From positions 3,691,810 to 3,755,809 of the forward strand of contig OZ241376.1 of the NCBI GenBank assembly GCA_965200705.1: a DNA stretch of 64,000 bases, written 5' to 3'. The DNA is from Bryobacterales bacterium (lineage in GTDB: Bacteria; Acidobacteriota; Terriglobia; Bryobacterales; UBA6623). This document shows, one piece after another, positions 30,337 to 39,851 of this stretch. The stretch's first letter is position 1. Each line of letters starts with the position of its first letter. A program made the translations under genes and the position numbers. The notes under the pieces are model-generated. The model did not search any database. It was not told the origin of the DNA and was given only the letters and a program-made list of their open reading frames with translations.

Positions 30337-33114
30337 TCAGTACGATCGGCCCCAGTTGTAGGTCAAACGCATGTAGTAGTACCCGCCGTTGAACCCGAAC
30401 GGCGTGGATTCGGGATATTTATTGCCAAGAAACCGGTGCGCGTCCGGGTTCATGTCCGGAAACGCATTGAGGACGTTCTGGCCACCCAGAGACACCGAGA
30501 ACTGCTGGGTCAGCTCGTAGGTAACCTCCAGATCGACCAGATGCTTGCCAGAGTAGTTGCGAAGGTCCAGCCTGTCGAAGAAGTCGTCCCAGTACGAGAG
30601 GCGCGCCAGCAGCCGGAACCGACCAGTCCGGTGCCGCACGGTTAGGTTCGTCCGCAGTTCCGGCAGCGCGTTCTCGAGCAGGTGAATGCGGTCGGGGCCC
30701 GCAGTCTCTGTGTTGTACCTCTCGACACTGGTCGTTGTGCGATTGAGCAGAAAGCTGACCACAGTGCTGTCACCCAGCGCTTCCGTCGTCCACGTCGCGA
30801 CCACATCGACGCCATTCGAGGCAGTGTCGAAGTCGTTGGTGAAGAACCGGAACGTTCCGAGGCCAGCGGCGCCTGTGATGCCCTCGTTCACAAGCTGGGA
30901 TATCTGGGTCTGCGTGAGCTGATAATCGCCAGAGAACCAGATCCGGTCTTGGAGATTGATACGAAAGTAGTCTACGGACAGGCTGAACGGTCCTTTGTCG
31001 GCGACGAGTCCAGCTGTATAGTTGCGCGAGGTCTCGGGCTTAAGGGGCTCGCCGCCCACGGCAGCTGCGACCTCCGACGTTGGGGCGATGGATCCCGTGC
31101 TGATGTACTCACCGGTGTCCGGAACGAAGATGCCCGCGGTCACGTTGTACGCATTCTGCTGTCCTGGGGTAGGAGCACGGAACCCGCTGCTAGCGCCGCC
31201 GCGCACGGAGATCCCGCCACCTAGCTCAAAGCGTCCGGCAAGCTTGTAGTTGATGGTTGAGCCGAAATCGTCGAACCGCTCCCCGCGCAGCGCGCCACCG
31301 AGCGTGTACCGACTGTCGGAACCGCCGAGTTCCAAGTCGCCGTAAACGGCGTAGTTTCTGCGGTCCCAACTGCCGACGGTAATTGGGCTGAAGCCGTTGA
31401 AACCGTTCGAGGCACTGACGAAGCCTTGGGGGGCATAGGGCCCGGCCTCCCATGACGGGCGGTCGCCTCCGAATATCGCGAATTGTTCGTTGCGGATCTC
31501 AACGCCTCCCGCAAAGTGCAGGTTGTCCCGGAACGCACGGGAGAAATCGACGTTGAAGTTCGTCTCCTCCTGCATAGTCTTTCCCGGATTGAACCGGGTC
31601 GGCGATTCGGGTCCGAGCGAGGCATTGACCGTGTCGTAGATGAATGGCTCCATCTCGTTGATACCGAATCCGATGCTGGCATCCCAGAACCAGCCCCCTG
31701 CCAACGCTCCGCGCAGCCCTCCGACAAGTGACCAGTCGTGGACCTGCCCGCCAAACTGAGGCGTGAAGCCTCCGGGGAAGCCGGAAGCCTTGCCGGCGAA
31801 TGGTTCGTGAAACGTGAAGCAGTTCGGATCGCTCAGTACGGCGTCGTACGCAGTCTGGTCAGCAATCCTAGGGCCGTCCAAGCGCACGGTCGGGCAGTTG
31901 GCGGAACCGTCCGGAATGCCGTCCGCCGCATCAAGGACATCGCCGACCAGCAGCGTCTTGCCGCCGTCCCCCGTGAACACGCCCCCGCGCGTAAGAGGGT
32001 GGCGGTAGTAGAACCCTCCCTCGACGCGTCTGCTTGCGTAGTTGGCGTGCCCGTACGCTTGGAGCGTGCCCCGGAGGAACTTCCCGAAATTGCCCCACAA
32101 TTTGATGTCATCTTGGACCTCGGGGATTCCCCAGATTTGGACGGCGGGGCTCCGGACCGCCGTGTTTCCATGGGCGATCAGCTGCTGGGCATCGTGGCGC
32201 TGCACGCTACGGCTGGTCGGGCCTGTGTTTCCGTATTCGACGCTGAGGTTGGCGAATCCTCCGTCCCCCAAAGGAAGCCCGACGTTGCCCGCGAAGGTGA
32301 CACTCTCGCCGTCGCCCACCCCGAAGGCCCCTGTGCGGAGCTGCAGAGCCCCTCCGCTGTCTGCATCCTTGAGCGCGAAGTTCAGGACTCCCGCGATGGC
32401 GTCGGAGCCGTACTGGGCCGACGCACCGTCCCGGAGGACCTCCGCATGATGGACGGCGATGGACGGAATGGTAGACAGGTCAGGGCCTTGAGACCCGTCG
32501 AAGACACCGCTGGAGAACCAGTGGATCACAGCAGCCCTGTGGCGGCGCTTGCCGTTGACGAGAACCAAAGTGTGGTCAGGGGCCAGATTCCTCAGCCCGG
32601 CCGGCCGCACCACGGTGGACGAATCGCTGATCGGCTGCACGTTCACGTTGAAGGAGGGAACCGAGTTCCGGAGTTGGTCGGCCAGATCCGACGTGCCTTG
32701 CTCGATGAACTCCTCGCCCCTGACAAGATCGACTGGAACTGTCGCTTCCAAGACTGTTCGGCCCTCGGCGCGCGTGCCGACTACAACGAGCTGGTCCGAA
32801 AAAGCCTCGATCTCGGTTGTGATCGTCACCGTTCCCTGCGACGAGTCGACTGTCCGCTCGGCAGGCGCGAGGCCGGGCGCGAGAACGACGACGGAATGGG
32901 GACCTGCGCCAAGACCGCAGAACGAAGTCGCCCCAGTGCGGTACGTCCGCTGCTCTTGTGGTCCGATTGACACAGCGGCGTTCGGCACGACAGCCCCGGA
33001 CGGGTCGAGCACAACGATCTTCAGGCACGCCTCCTGTCCCCTCGTGGGCTGCACGGGGCCAAGTGCGAGGAAGGCGGCGAAGAGCAAGACCGCCAAGTGA
33101 CGAAAAACGCTCAT
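30337..33114 (-). CDS. TonB-dependent receptor of a different (iron-complex/IroN-like) family
   Basis: Start trimmed to MSVFRHLAVLLFAAFLAL. Plug motifs VVVGTR, PVDLV, LRNLAPDHTLVLVNGKRRH, EVLRDGASAQYGSDAIAGVLNF; GFRAPTPGQ, LKPETS, PFGFNGGYYY. Confidence 0.93.
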   Translation of the reverse strand: MSVFRHLAVLLFAAFLALGPVQPTRGQEACLKIVVLDPSGAVVPNAAVSIGPQEQRTYRTGATSFCGLGAGPHSVVVLAPGLAPAERTVDSSQGTVTITTEIEAFSDQLVVVGTRAEGRTVLEATVPVDLVRGEEFIEQGTSDLADQLRNSVPSFNVNVQPISDSSTVVRPAGLRNLAPDHTLVLVNGKRRHRAAVIHWFSSGVFDGSQGPDLSTIPSIAVHHAEVLRDGASAQYGSDAIAGVLNFALKDADSGGALQLRTGAFGVGDGESVTFAGNVGLPLGDGGFANLSVEYGNTGPTSRSVQRHDAQQLIAHGNTAVRSPAVQIWGIPEVQDDIKLWGNFGKFLRGTLQAYGHANYASRRVEGGFYYRHPLTRGGVFTGDGGKTLLVGDVLDAADGIPDGSANCPTVRLDGPRIADQTAYDAVLSDPNCFTFHEPFAGKASGFPGGFTPQFGGQVHDWSLVGGLRGALAGGWFWDASIGFGINEMEPFIYDTVNASLGPESPTRFNPGKTMQEETNFNVDFSRAFRDNLHFAGGVEIRNEQFAIFGGDRPSWEAGPYAPQGFVSASNGFNGFSPITVGSWDRRNYAVYGDLELGGSDSRYTLGGALRGERFDDFGSTINYKLAGRFELGGGISVRGGASSGFRAPTPGQQNAYNVTAGIFVPDTGEYISTGSIAPTSEVAAAVGGEPLKPETSRNYTAGLVADKGPFSLSVDYFRINLQDRIWFSGDYQLTQTQISQLVNEGITGAAGLGTFRFFTNDFDTASNGVDVVATWTTEALGDSTVVSFLLNRTTTSVERYNTETAGPDRIHLLENALPELRTNLTVRHRTGRFRLLARLSYWDDFFDRLDLRNYSGKHLVDLEVTYELTQQFSVSLGGQNVLNAFPDMNPDAHRFLGNKYPESTPFGFNGGYYYMRLTYNWGRSY

Positions 33115-33207
33115 GACCGTATGGTATTGGATTGGATCAATTCGTGAAACGTGTGTATTTTGATCGATATATGATACAAGTTTTTTGGAAGAAAGGACTT
33201 GGAGCCC

Positions 33208-33345
33208 ATGACCAACGAAGAGTTTCAGCGCTGGCTGGCTGGGGTGGAGCAGCTGACGGTGGCCCAGCGCGAGCGGCTGCAGCAGGTCGCCCAGGAGCAG
33301 GGGGACGAGGCGGAACGCCAGCGGGATGTCGGGCTGAGCCGTTGA
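33208..33345 (+). pseudogene. N-terminal remnant of an IS1595-family transposase
   Basis: MTNEEFQRWLAGVEQLTVAQRERL resembles the N-terminus of IS1595-family transposases. It follows an AT-rich IS-end-like stretch (33128-33200) and stops after 45 codons. Confidence 0.55.
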
Positions 33346-33486
33346 TCGCCGCCCTGGCCGGGAAGGGCGATGGACGACGTGAACACCGCCTGCGTCTGGT
33401 TCGTGGTGGCCTGCTGGCCGGCCATGTCGTCGCGCTGCTGGACGTGACGCGGTCGCGCCGGTGCCGCGATCGGAGGAGGCGTCGGC

Positions 33487-33502
33487 TGGCACGATGCTTG
33501 CT
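33487..33502 (+). promoter_or_regulatory. Sigma54 (RpoN) -24/-12 promoter
   Basis: TGGCACGATGCTTGCT matches TGGCACG-N4-TTGC(A/T) exactly; AGGAGG RBS at 33516-33521 and ATG at 33530 follow at the expected distance. Confidence 0.75.
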
Positions 33503-33529
33503 CAACCACACGGTCAGGAGGCGATCACC

Positions 33530-33727
33530 ATGACGAGACGACCGGACGTGTACACGACACTCGGCCACGAATGCGGATGTTGCGGGCATCGGCACCGGAC
33601 CGTGCAGGAAGCCAGGCGGTGCGTGAAGGATTACCAGCGGCGCGAGTTCTCCGACCGTCGCGTGGTCGCCGTCGCGGCCGACGCGCCCTACGCGGGCGCC
33701 GGGGCCGGGGCCGGTGATGTGGCGTGA
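33530..33727 (+). CDS. 65-aa Cys/His-rich microprotein, possibly metal-binding
   Basis: Strong RBS; MTRRPDVYTTLGHECGCCGHRHRTVQEARRC; overlaps the start of the next gene. Confidence 0.65.
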   Translation: MTRRPDVYTTLGHECGCCGHRHRTVQEARRCVKDYQRREFSDRRVVAVAADAPYAGAGAGAGDVA

Positions 33728-34739
33728 CGCTTCCCACGAGTCGTCGGGCCGGGCCGGCCGCGGCCCGCTCGGAGTGGCGCGGCTCGTCGGCGAGAGCGAG
33801 CCGATGCGCGCGCTCAAGGAGCGGATTCCGCGGGTGGCGGCCTCGCCGTTCCCGGTTGTCATCGAGGGCGAGTCCGGCACGGGGAAGGAACTGATCGCAC
33901 GCGCCATCCACGAGGAAAGCCCCCGCAGCCGCGCCGCTTTCGTGCCGGTCAACTGCGCCGTGCTCGGCGACGACTTGTTCGAGTCCGAATTGTTCGGGCA
34001 CGCCAAGGGCGCGTTCACCGGCGCCGTGCAGGAACGGTCGGGGCTGCTGGCGCTGTCGTCGCGCGGCACGGTCTTCCTGGACGAAGTCGCCGAACTGACG
34101 CCCTGTGCCCAGGCCAAGCTGCTGCGAGGGCTCCAGGACGGCGGGATCCGGCGGCTCGGCGAGAACCACACGCAACAGCTCGACCTGCGCATCGTCGCGG
34201 CCACCAACCGGCCGCTCGAAGCCGAGGCCGATGCCGGCCGGTTCCGCAAGGACCTGTTGTACCGACTCAATGTCGTTCCCGTCGCCGCGCCGCCCTTGCG
34301 CGACCGGGGGACGCATATCGGGCGGCTCGCCGACCACTGCTGGCGCGAATTCGCCGCCGCCGGCAGCCGGGCGACCCTCGCGCCCGCAACCCTGGCTGCG
34401 CTCCAGGCCCGGCCTTGGCCGGGCAACGTCCGCGAACTCCAGAACGTGCTGGCGAACCTCGCCGTCACCGGGCCGCGATTCGGGGCCATCGGACCGGACG
34501 CTCTTTCCTCCGCGAGCCGGCGCAAGGTCTCGACGGACCGGCGGCCGACGCTGGCCGAGGTGCGGGACGATCTGGAGCGCGCGATGGTGCGCGATGCGCT
34601 CGGCCGACGCACAAGCGTCGCTCGGGCCGCCGGCGAGCTGGGCATTACGCGGCAGGGGTTGTCGAAGCTGATGGCGCGGCTCCGGATCGACCGCTTCGAC
34701 CCGCCCCGCGATCCGCCGGCGCAAGGACCCGCCCGGTAG
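33717..34739 (+). CDS. Sigma54-dependent activator (AAA+ plus Fis-type HTH) lacking an N-terminal sensory domain
   Basis: Walker A GESGTGKE, ESELFGHAKGAFTGA, Walker B VFLDEV, AATNR, FRKDLLYRLNV, WPGNVRELQN, HTH AAGELGITRQGL. Only ~20 aa precede the AAA+ domain. Confidence 0.93.
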   Translation: MWRDASHESSGRAGRGPLGVARLVGESEPMRALKERIPRVAASPFPVVIEGESGTGKELIARAIHEESPRSRAAFVPVNCAVLGDDLFESELFGHAKGAFTGAVQERSGLLALSSRGTVFLDEVAELTPCAQAKLLRGLQDGGIRRLGENHTQQLDLRIVAATNRPLEAEADAGRFRKDLLYRLNVVPVAAPPLRDRGTHIGRLADHCWREFAAAGSRATLAPATLAALQARPWPGNVRELQNVLANLAVTGPRFGAIGPDALSSASRRKVSTDRRPTLAEVRDDLERAMVRDALGRRTSVARAAGELGITRQGLSKLMARLRIDRFDPPRDPPAQGPAR

Positions 34740-34814
34740 GCAAGTGCGGCGCGCTGTGGCCGCTTCGGTAGCAATCGCAACGCTGAGCACCCTTCCCGGA
34801 GGGATGATTTCGCC

Positions 34815-34894
34815 GGGAGCGACCCCGGCGCAAGGGCGTGACGCAGAAACACCCTTTGCGCCGCAAAACCGCAGGTTTTGCCGGAGTCGCTCCC
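34815..34894. repeat. Nested inverted repeats downstream of the sigma54 activator
   Basis: Outer GGGAGCGAC/GTCGCTCCC, inner CGGCGCAAGGG/CCCTTTGCGCCG and GCAAAACC/GGTTTTGC. Confidence 0.65.
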
Positions 34895-34902
34895 AGCACT
34901 AC

Positions 34903-36545
34903 CCCAAGTTTGCCAAGCGAGGAGCGATTTTGGCCGAATTCGGCGTGTTGTGCGCTGCAAGTCGTTGGTTTTCAATGGCCAGCCCCCTGAAACCCCAAAT
35001 GTAGTGCCCTAATAACTTACAATCCCCTGACTCCCGTCCCAGAGCCTGCTCCCATCGGAGCATGTTCGTCCGCCGGACCCCCACCCGCCCCCGCGCCAAG
35101 GGCCAGGAGCCCGACTTCACCCACCGCCTCGTCCGCTCCGTCCGCCGCCCCTGCTCGAGGAGCTGGGCCTGTTCGGTGCGCAGCGCGCCGCCGTCCTCGG
35201 CAGCCTCGTCGGCCGCATGGCCGCGCCGGCCTCCGAGCGCGCCGCGTGGCACTGGCTGCGCCAGCGACCGCCTGCTGCGCCAGCGCGACACGATCGAGAC
35301 GCGTCTCCTCCAGCGCGCCGCCGACCTGTTCGACCTGCAGCCCACCGTCACCCTGCACGACCGGACCAGCACGTGCTGCGAGGGCGCGGCGGACCGGCAG
35401 CCGCTGGCCCGCCGCGGCCATTCCAGGGAGAAGCGCCACGACTGTCCGCCGCTCACGCTGGGCCTGGTGCTGGACGCCAGCGGCTTCGTGCGCCGCTCCA
35501 GGGTCCTGGCCGGCAACGTCGCCGAGGGCGGCACGCTGCAGGCCATGCCGACGGCCCTGGACGCGCCGCCCGAGGCGGTCGTCGTGCTCGACAGGGGTCT
35601 CGCCACGGAGGGAACGTCGCCTGGCTGCGCGAGCGGCGGCGCGTCTTCGACGCGAGCCGGGCGGTGGCCATCGGCACCGCCGGCGGGCAGCGCATGCTGG
35701 CCTGCGCCGCGACGGACGGGAACGGCGAGACGCGCCTGCGCTGCGCGTCCGCGCAGCGGGCGGCGCAGGAGCGGGCGATGGCGGGGCAGGCCGGCGCGCC
35801 TCGAGACGGCTCTGCAGACGCTGCACGAGGGCCTGTCGCGCAAGGGCACGACCAGGCGCGTGGAGAAGGTCTGGCAGCGCATCGGACGGCTGCAGGCCCG
35901 CCATCCGTCCGCCGCCCCGCACGACGCGATCGACGTGCAAGCGGACGACAGGGGCCGCAACGCGACGGCGGTGGCCTGGAAGCGGCAGCCGCTGGAGGGC
36001 GGCGGGGCGACCCATCCCGGGGTCCACGGCCCGCGCACCAGCAGCGTCGGCTGGGACGCCGAGCGGCTGTGGCGCACCTATGTGACGCGGACCGACCTGG
36101 AGGCCGTCCTCCGCTCCCTCGGGAGCGCACTGGGACCGCGCCCGATCCACCACCGCAGGCCCGCGCGCGGCGCGGGCCACCTGTGCCTGTCGGTGCTCGC
36201 CTGCCAGCTGGTCCCGGTGGTCCGGCAGCGCCTGCGGGCGGGCGGGGAGACGGCCCGCTGGACGACGCTGCGCCGTCGCCTGGCGGGCCAGCAGCGGGTC
36301 ACCGCGGTCTTCCGCCAGGCGGACGGACGCATGCTGCACGCGCGCAAGGCGACGCGGGCCGAGTCCTGGCAGCGGGTGATCCACGAGCGGCTGGGCGTGG
36401 ACGCCTCGCCGGGCGGGGTCCGCAAGCTGGTCGTCCAGCCCAGACGACGAAGGAAACATGCACGGAATGCAGTGCCACACGCCTGATTCCACGACCGCAA
36501 TGTGCTCATTGCAAACGACTTATGAAATGGGGTGGCAAACTTGGG
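34903..36545 (+). mobile_element. Degenerate IS1634-family element, copy A (internally deleted transposase 35062..36486)
   Basis: 13-bp terminal IRs CCCAAGTTTGCCA/TGGCAAACTTGGG; 4-bp flanking direct repeat CTAC; degraded motifs RGHSREKRHDC, VVVLDRG, LWRTY..TDLEAVLRSL, HARKAT. Confidence 0.88.
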
Positions 36546-37083
36546 CTACGCCCGGCGCATCGTCCGTCTGGTCGCGTGCCGAGGGCGCCATCGAGCCAGC
36601 AACGGCAGGCGGTTCCTGTGCGCCGATGTCTCCGGCCGGGTGTGATTCCAGTGGTGATTGGAACACCAGGATGCGGTAACGCGCGGAGACGGCGGAACTC
36701 ACGGCAGAGGCGTCCTGAACGGTCGACAGATTGGCGCAGGTGTCTGGTCTACACGCCGTCGCGACGACGACGTAGCCAGATTGCATTCAAGGCCTGCCCC
36801 TGATATGGCAAGGACAGCCACGAACTCGCAGGGCAGTGCCCAACCGCTTCCGCCTAGGAAGCCGAGGCTGCTACCACCTTACGTTGCTCGTACTCGTCTG
36901 ACGTCGGGTCACCCACCCGATGCAAGGCCCGGCACTCGCCGGGAAAACGGTGGGACCCTGCGAAAAGAGTACCAGCAGAGTTCATGGCTGATGGCCCGGC
37001 GACCCAGTCGTTGCCAGGTGGCGTCACGACCAGCGTTGTCCAGGCGATGCAGCCACCTTGGGCAATCGTGGCTTCCCAAGTTA

Positions 37084-38232
37084 CAGAGGGGAGCAAAAGT
37101 CTTTTCCAACAGATCCCGGAAGATCGCGGAATAGTCGCTTGTATATTTTTCTATAACTGTCCCATGGATTGTTTCCACTGAAAGAACTTCATATCCGCAT
37201 CAAAATCTGAGAACTATGAGACTCGAAAGATCGTCATTGTCCTGTATCATGTTCTGCATTCTATCCCTGTTTCTGCGTCCATTTGTAACGTCAGAACTCG
37301 TACTGTCAGGTCTTGGACTCTGCGGTGCGGTCAAGGCGGATTCGGAGCTCTTGAAGACCGCCCTCGCAGCGGTCGACCGCCCAAGCTCGGCCCCGAGATC
37401 CTCGCATGGATTCTCCGTGCCGTCACGGACCCCAATCCCAGCCAGTTGCGCTTCCAATTCGCCTGTTGGACCGCGGTCCGCGTGCGTCAGGCCGTTCTCG
37501 AGCGCTTCGGTGTCAGCGTCAGTGTGTGGACAGTCCGCCGAGCTATGAGGCGATGGGGCCTGACCCCCAGAAGCCCAGGTTCCGCTCCCACTGCCGCAAC
37601 GAAAGGCACGTAGCGCATTGGATTGGCAGGACTTTCCCGGAATTGAAGAAGATGGCGGAGGCGCATGGAGAGACCATTCTGTTCGCCGACGAAGCCGGCA
37701 TGGCTGCCGACTGCCACGGGGGCCGCACTAGGGCCCGCCGGGGCGAGACTCCCGTGCTGCAGGACACCGGCAGGAAGTTCCGAGTGCACATGCTGGGTGC
37801 CATCGACACGTCAGGAAACCTGATCTGCAGGACGCATGTCGGCAGCACGACCGCCGAGGTGTTCGTGACCTTCCTGCAGCAATGGCTCGAGGAGAGCAGC
37901 GGGAAGATCCACTTGGTGGTGGACAATCCGAGCATGCACAAGGCGGGAAGGGTGCAGCAATTCCCAGGCAGTGATGGGGCGAGAGATCGAATGGACATAC
38001 ATTGCCTGCCCACATGCTCTCCTGATCTGAACCCGATCGAGAAGATTTGGGGGCACGTGAAGCGGGAAGTGGGACAGAAGACATTCAAGAACATGGAAGA
38101 GATGCACAAACTGCCGCTCGGCGCATTTGAGGCATTGAAGTCGACGCCTGCCCTCATCCAATCGTTCTTCCACTGCAAGGAATGCTGCTACACTATCGCC
38201 TGATCGGCGGAAAAGACTTTTGCACCCCTCTG
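37084..38232 (+). mobile_element. IS630-family element, copy 1 (inactivated)
   Basis: Terminal IRs CAGAGGGGAGCAAAAGTCTTTTCC/GGAAAAGACTTTTGCACCCCTCTG flanked by TA. HTH frame (RPRSGRPPKL, WTAVRV) and DDE frame (LFADEA, LVVDN..MHK, LPTCSPDLNPIE). Early TGA at codon 6. Confidence 0.92.
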
Positions 38233-38469
38233 TAACTGGGTACGAGGTGTAGAGGGCCTGCCAACTGCTTGAAAAAGCGGCGATCTCGTGGCTGCACGGA
38301 AGTTGGTTCGACTGACGTCTGGGCGCATGGTTGCCTCCACGCTTGCGATTCTGTGACCGGGTCGGATGCACTGACGTTGGCCGAATGGGGCCATTCCTTG
38401 TTCGGCTTCCCGGGACGCGTCGGGCCATCCGAACCGAGCTGAATGTCGAGGCGTCGCGTAGCGGTCTCC

Positions 38470-39850
38470 ACCCGTCGGGTGCGGTTGCCCCCGCACACCT
38501 TGCGGATGACCACCGCGGGTCGGATGGCCTGTTGGCCCGCCAGTTGGTGGCGTCGATCGACGGGTCGTACAGGAACAGGAGCACGGCGGGGAATTCGGCT
38601 GCGAGATGATTGGCGAAGCGCTCGGTATCGGGGACCGGCGGCGCGTCGTCGATCAGGCGGCCGAGTCGGGCTTGGAGTCGGCCGCGGATGGAGGCGAGCC
38701 CGTGTTGGCTCAACTGGCCGGCGTTGCATCGGTCTCGGGCGGCGAGGCCGGCCTTCAGCACCGCCTTGACCTGCTGGCCCCAGGGACTCTCGGGGTGGAC
38801 CTGCTGCAGCGTCTTGCAGCGTTGCAGGAGGTGATTGATGCAGGTCTGGGCGGGGCCCGGGTAGCGGCGATACACGACCCACCCGTCGCGGACGAGCACG
38901 CCGGCGTAGTCGGCCCCGAGCACGGTGGCCCCGTCGTCGAACCCGCGGCCGGGACAGATGGCGTAGACGGTGGTCTCTGGGGTGGTGAAGGCCCACAGCC
39001 AGTTGGGTATGGTGTCGACGCGCCAGCCGGTTTCGTCCGGGATGACGACCGGAGCGGTGCGGACCTGTTGGCAGAGTTCGTGATAGACCGGCACGCCGGC
39101 GCGGGCGGTGCGATGCAGCATCTGGACGAGGCCGCCGGCGGTGACCGACATGCCGAAGGAGTGCCGCAACACGCGAGCGACCTTCTTGAACGGGACACCG
39201 AGTTCGGTGTGCCACTCGACGGCGGCGGTGACGACATTGGGGCCGAGTTGTACCTGGGCGGCGCCGAGGGCGTCGGAGGTCTGGAGGTGGTGGCGTCCCT
39301 GCAGGCGTCGGTGACAGTGGGCGCAGTGGCTGACCTCGATGTCGAAGCGTCGCACGAGGGGCTGCACCTTGGGGAGGTCTTCCTGATACTGCGCGTCGAT
39401 GCGGCTCACTTCGACGGCGCCGCCGCAGTGTGGACACGCCTTCGGGACCGGTGCGGCGTGGACCTCGTCGACCTTCGGCGGGCAGGGATCGGGAGCCTTG
39501 GGGGCTGTATCGCACCCCGGGGCGTCGGCCGGGCGGCTTGCCGGACCCCTGGGGCCTGTCCTTGGCGAAGGGCGCCGCCTGCCGTTTGCCGGCTCGCCGG
39601 GCCTCAGTGAGTTGCTTCTCGAGGTCTTCGCTGCGCCGCTTCCACTGGTCTCGCTCTTGGGTGATACGGTCGAGGTCGTCGGTCAGCTTGGTGTTGTCTC
39701 GCTGAAGCTCCTTGATGCGCTTGTCCCGCGAATCGCGTTCTTGCCGGGGCGCCTTCCGACCGCTCTCGCCGGGCATACTCTACGTATCGGCACCTGCGAC
39801 GCCGACCTGCACACCACTTCACGAATTTTCTCGATCGACCCGGTAAACAA
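38470..39850 (-). mobile_element. IS66-family transposase, frameshifted and 3'-truncated
   Basis: Coiled-coil N-terminus then KRQAAPF, CPHCGG and CAHCHRR Zn-finger, DETGWRV, WLWAF, GVLVRDG, DATNWRA and AIRPAVVIRKVCGGNRT, spread over different frames. Boundaries approximate. Confidence 0.87.
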
Positions 39851-39851
39851 A

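Noticed and set aside
33115-33492. N-terminal extension of the 1051-aa TonB receptor ORF
   Set aside because: The signal peptide starts at 33114; the extension runs through the IS1595 remnant on the other strand.
33137-34975. 612-aa and 421-aa minus-strand ORFs
   Set aside because: Antisense to the sigma54 activator in very GC-rich DNA; no motifs.
37179-37181. In-frame TGA in IS630 as selenocysteine or recoding
   Set aside because: No SECIS-like context or catalytic Cys position, and TGA is the ordinary stop elsewhere in the window.
36854-38328. Gene interrupted by IS630 copy 1 (RBS and ATG at 38328, faint ECF-sigma-like WLHRLD...WQRL in another frame)
   Set aside because: The rejoined sequence gives no convincing family in any frame; too degraded to call.
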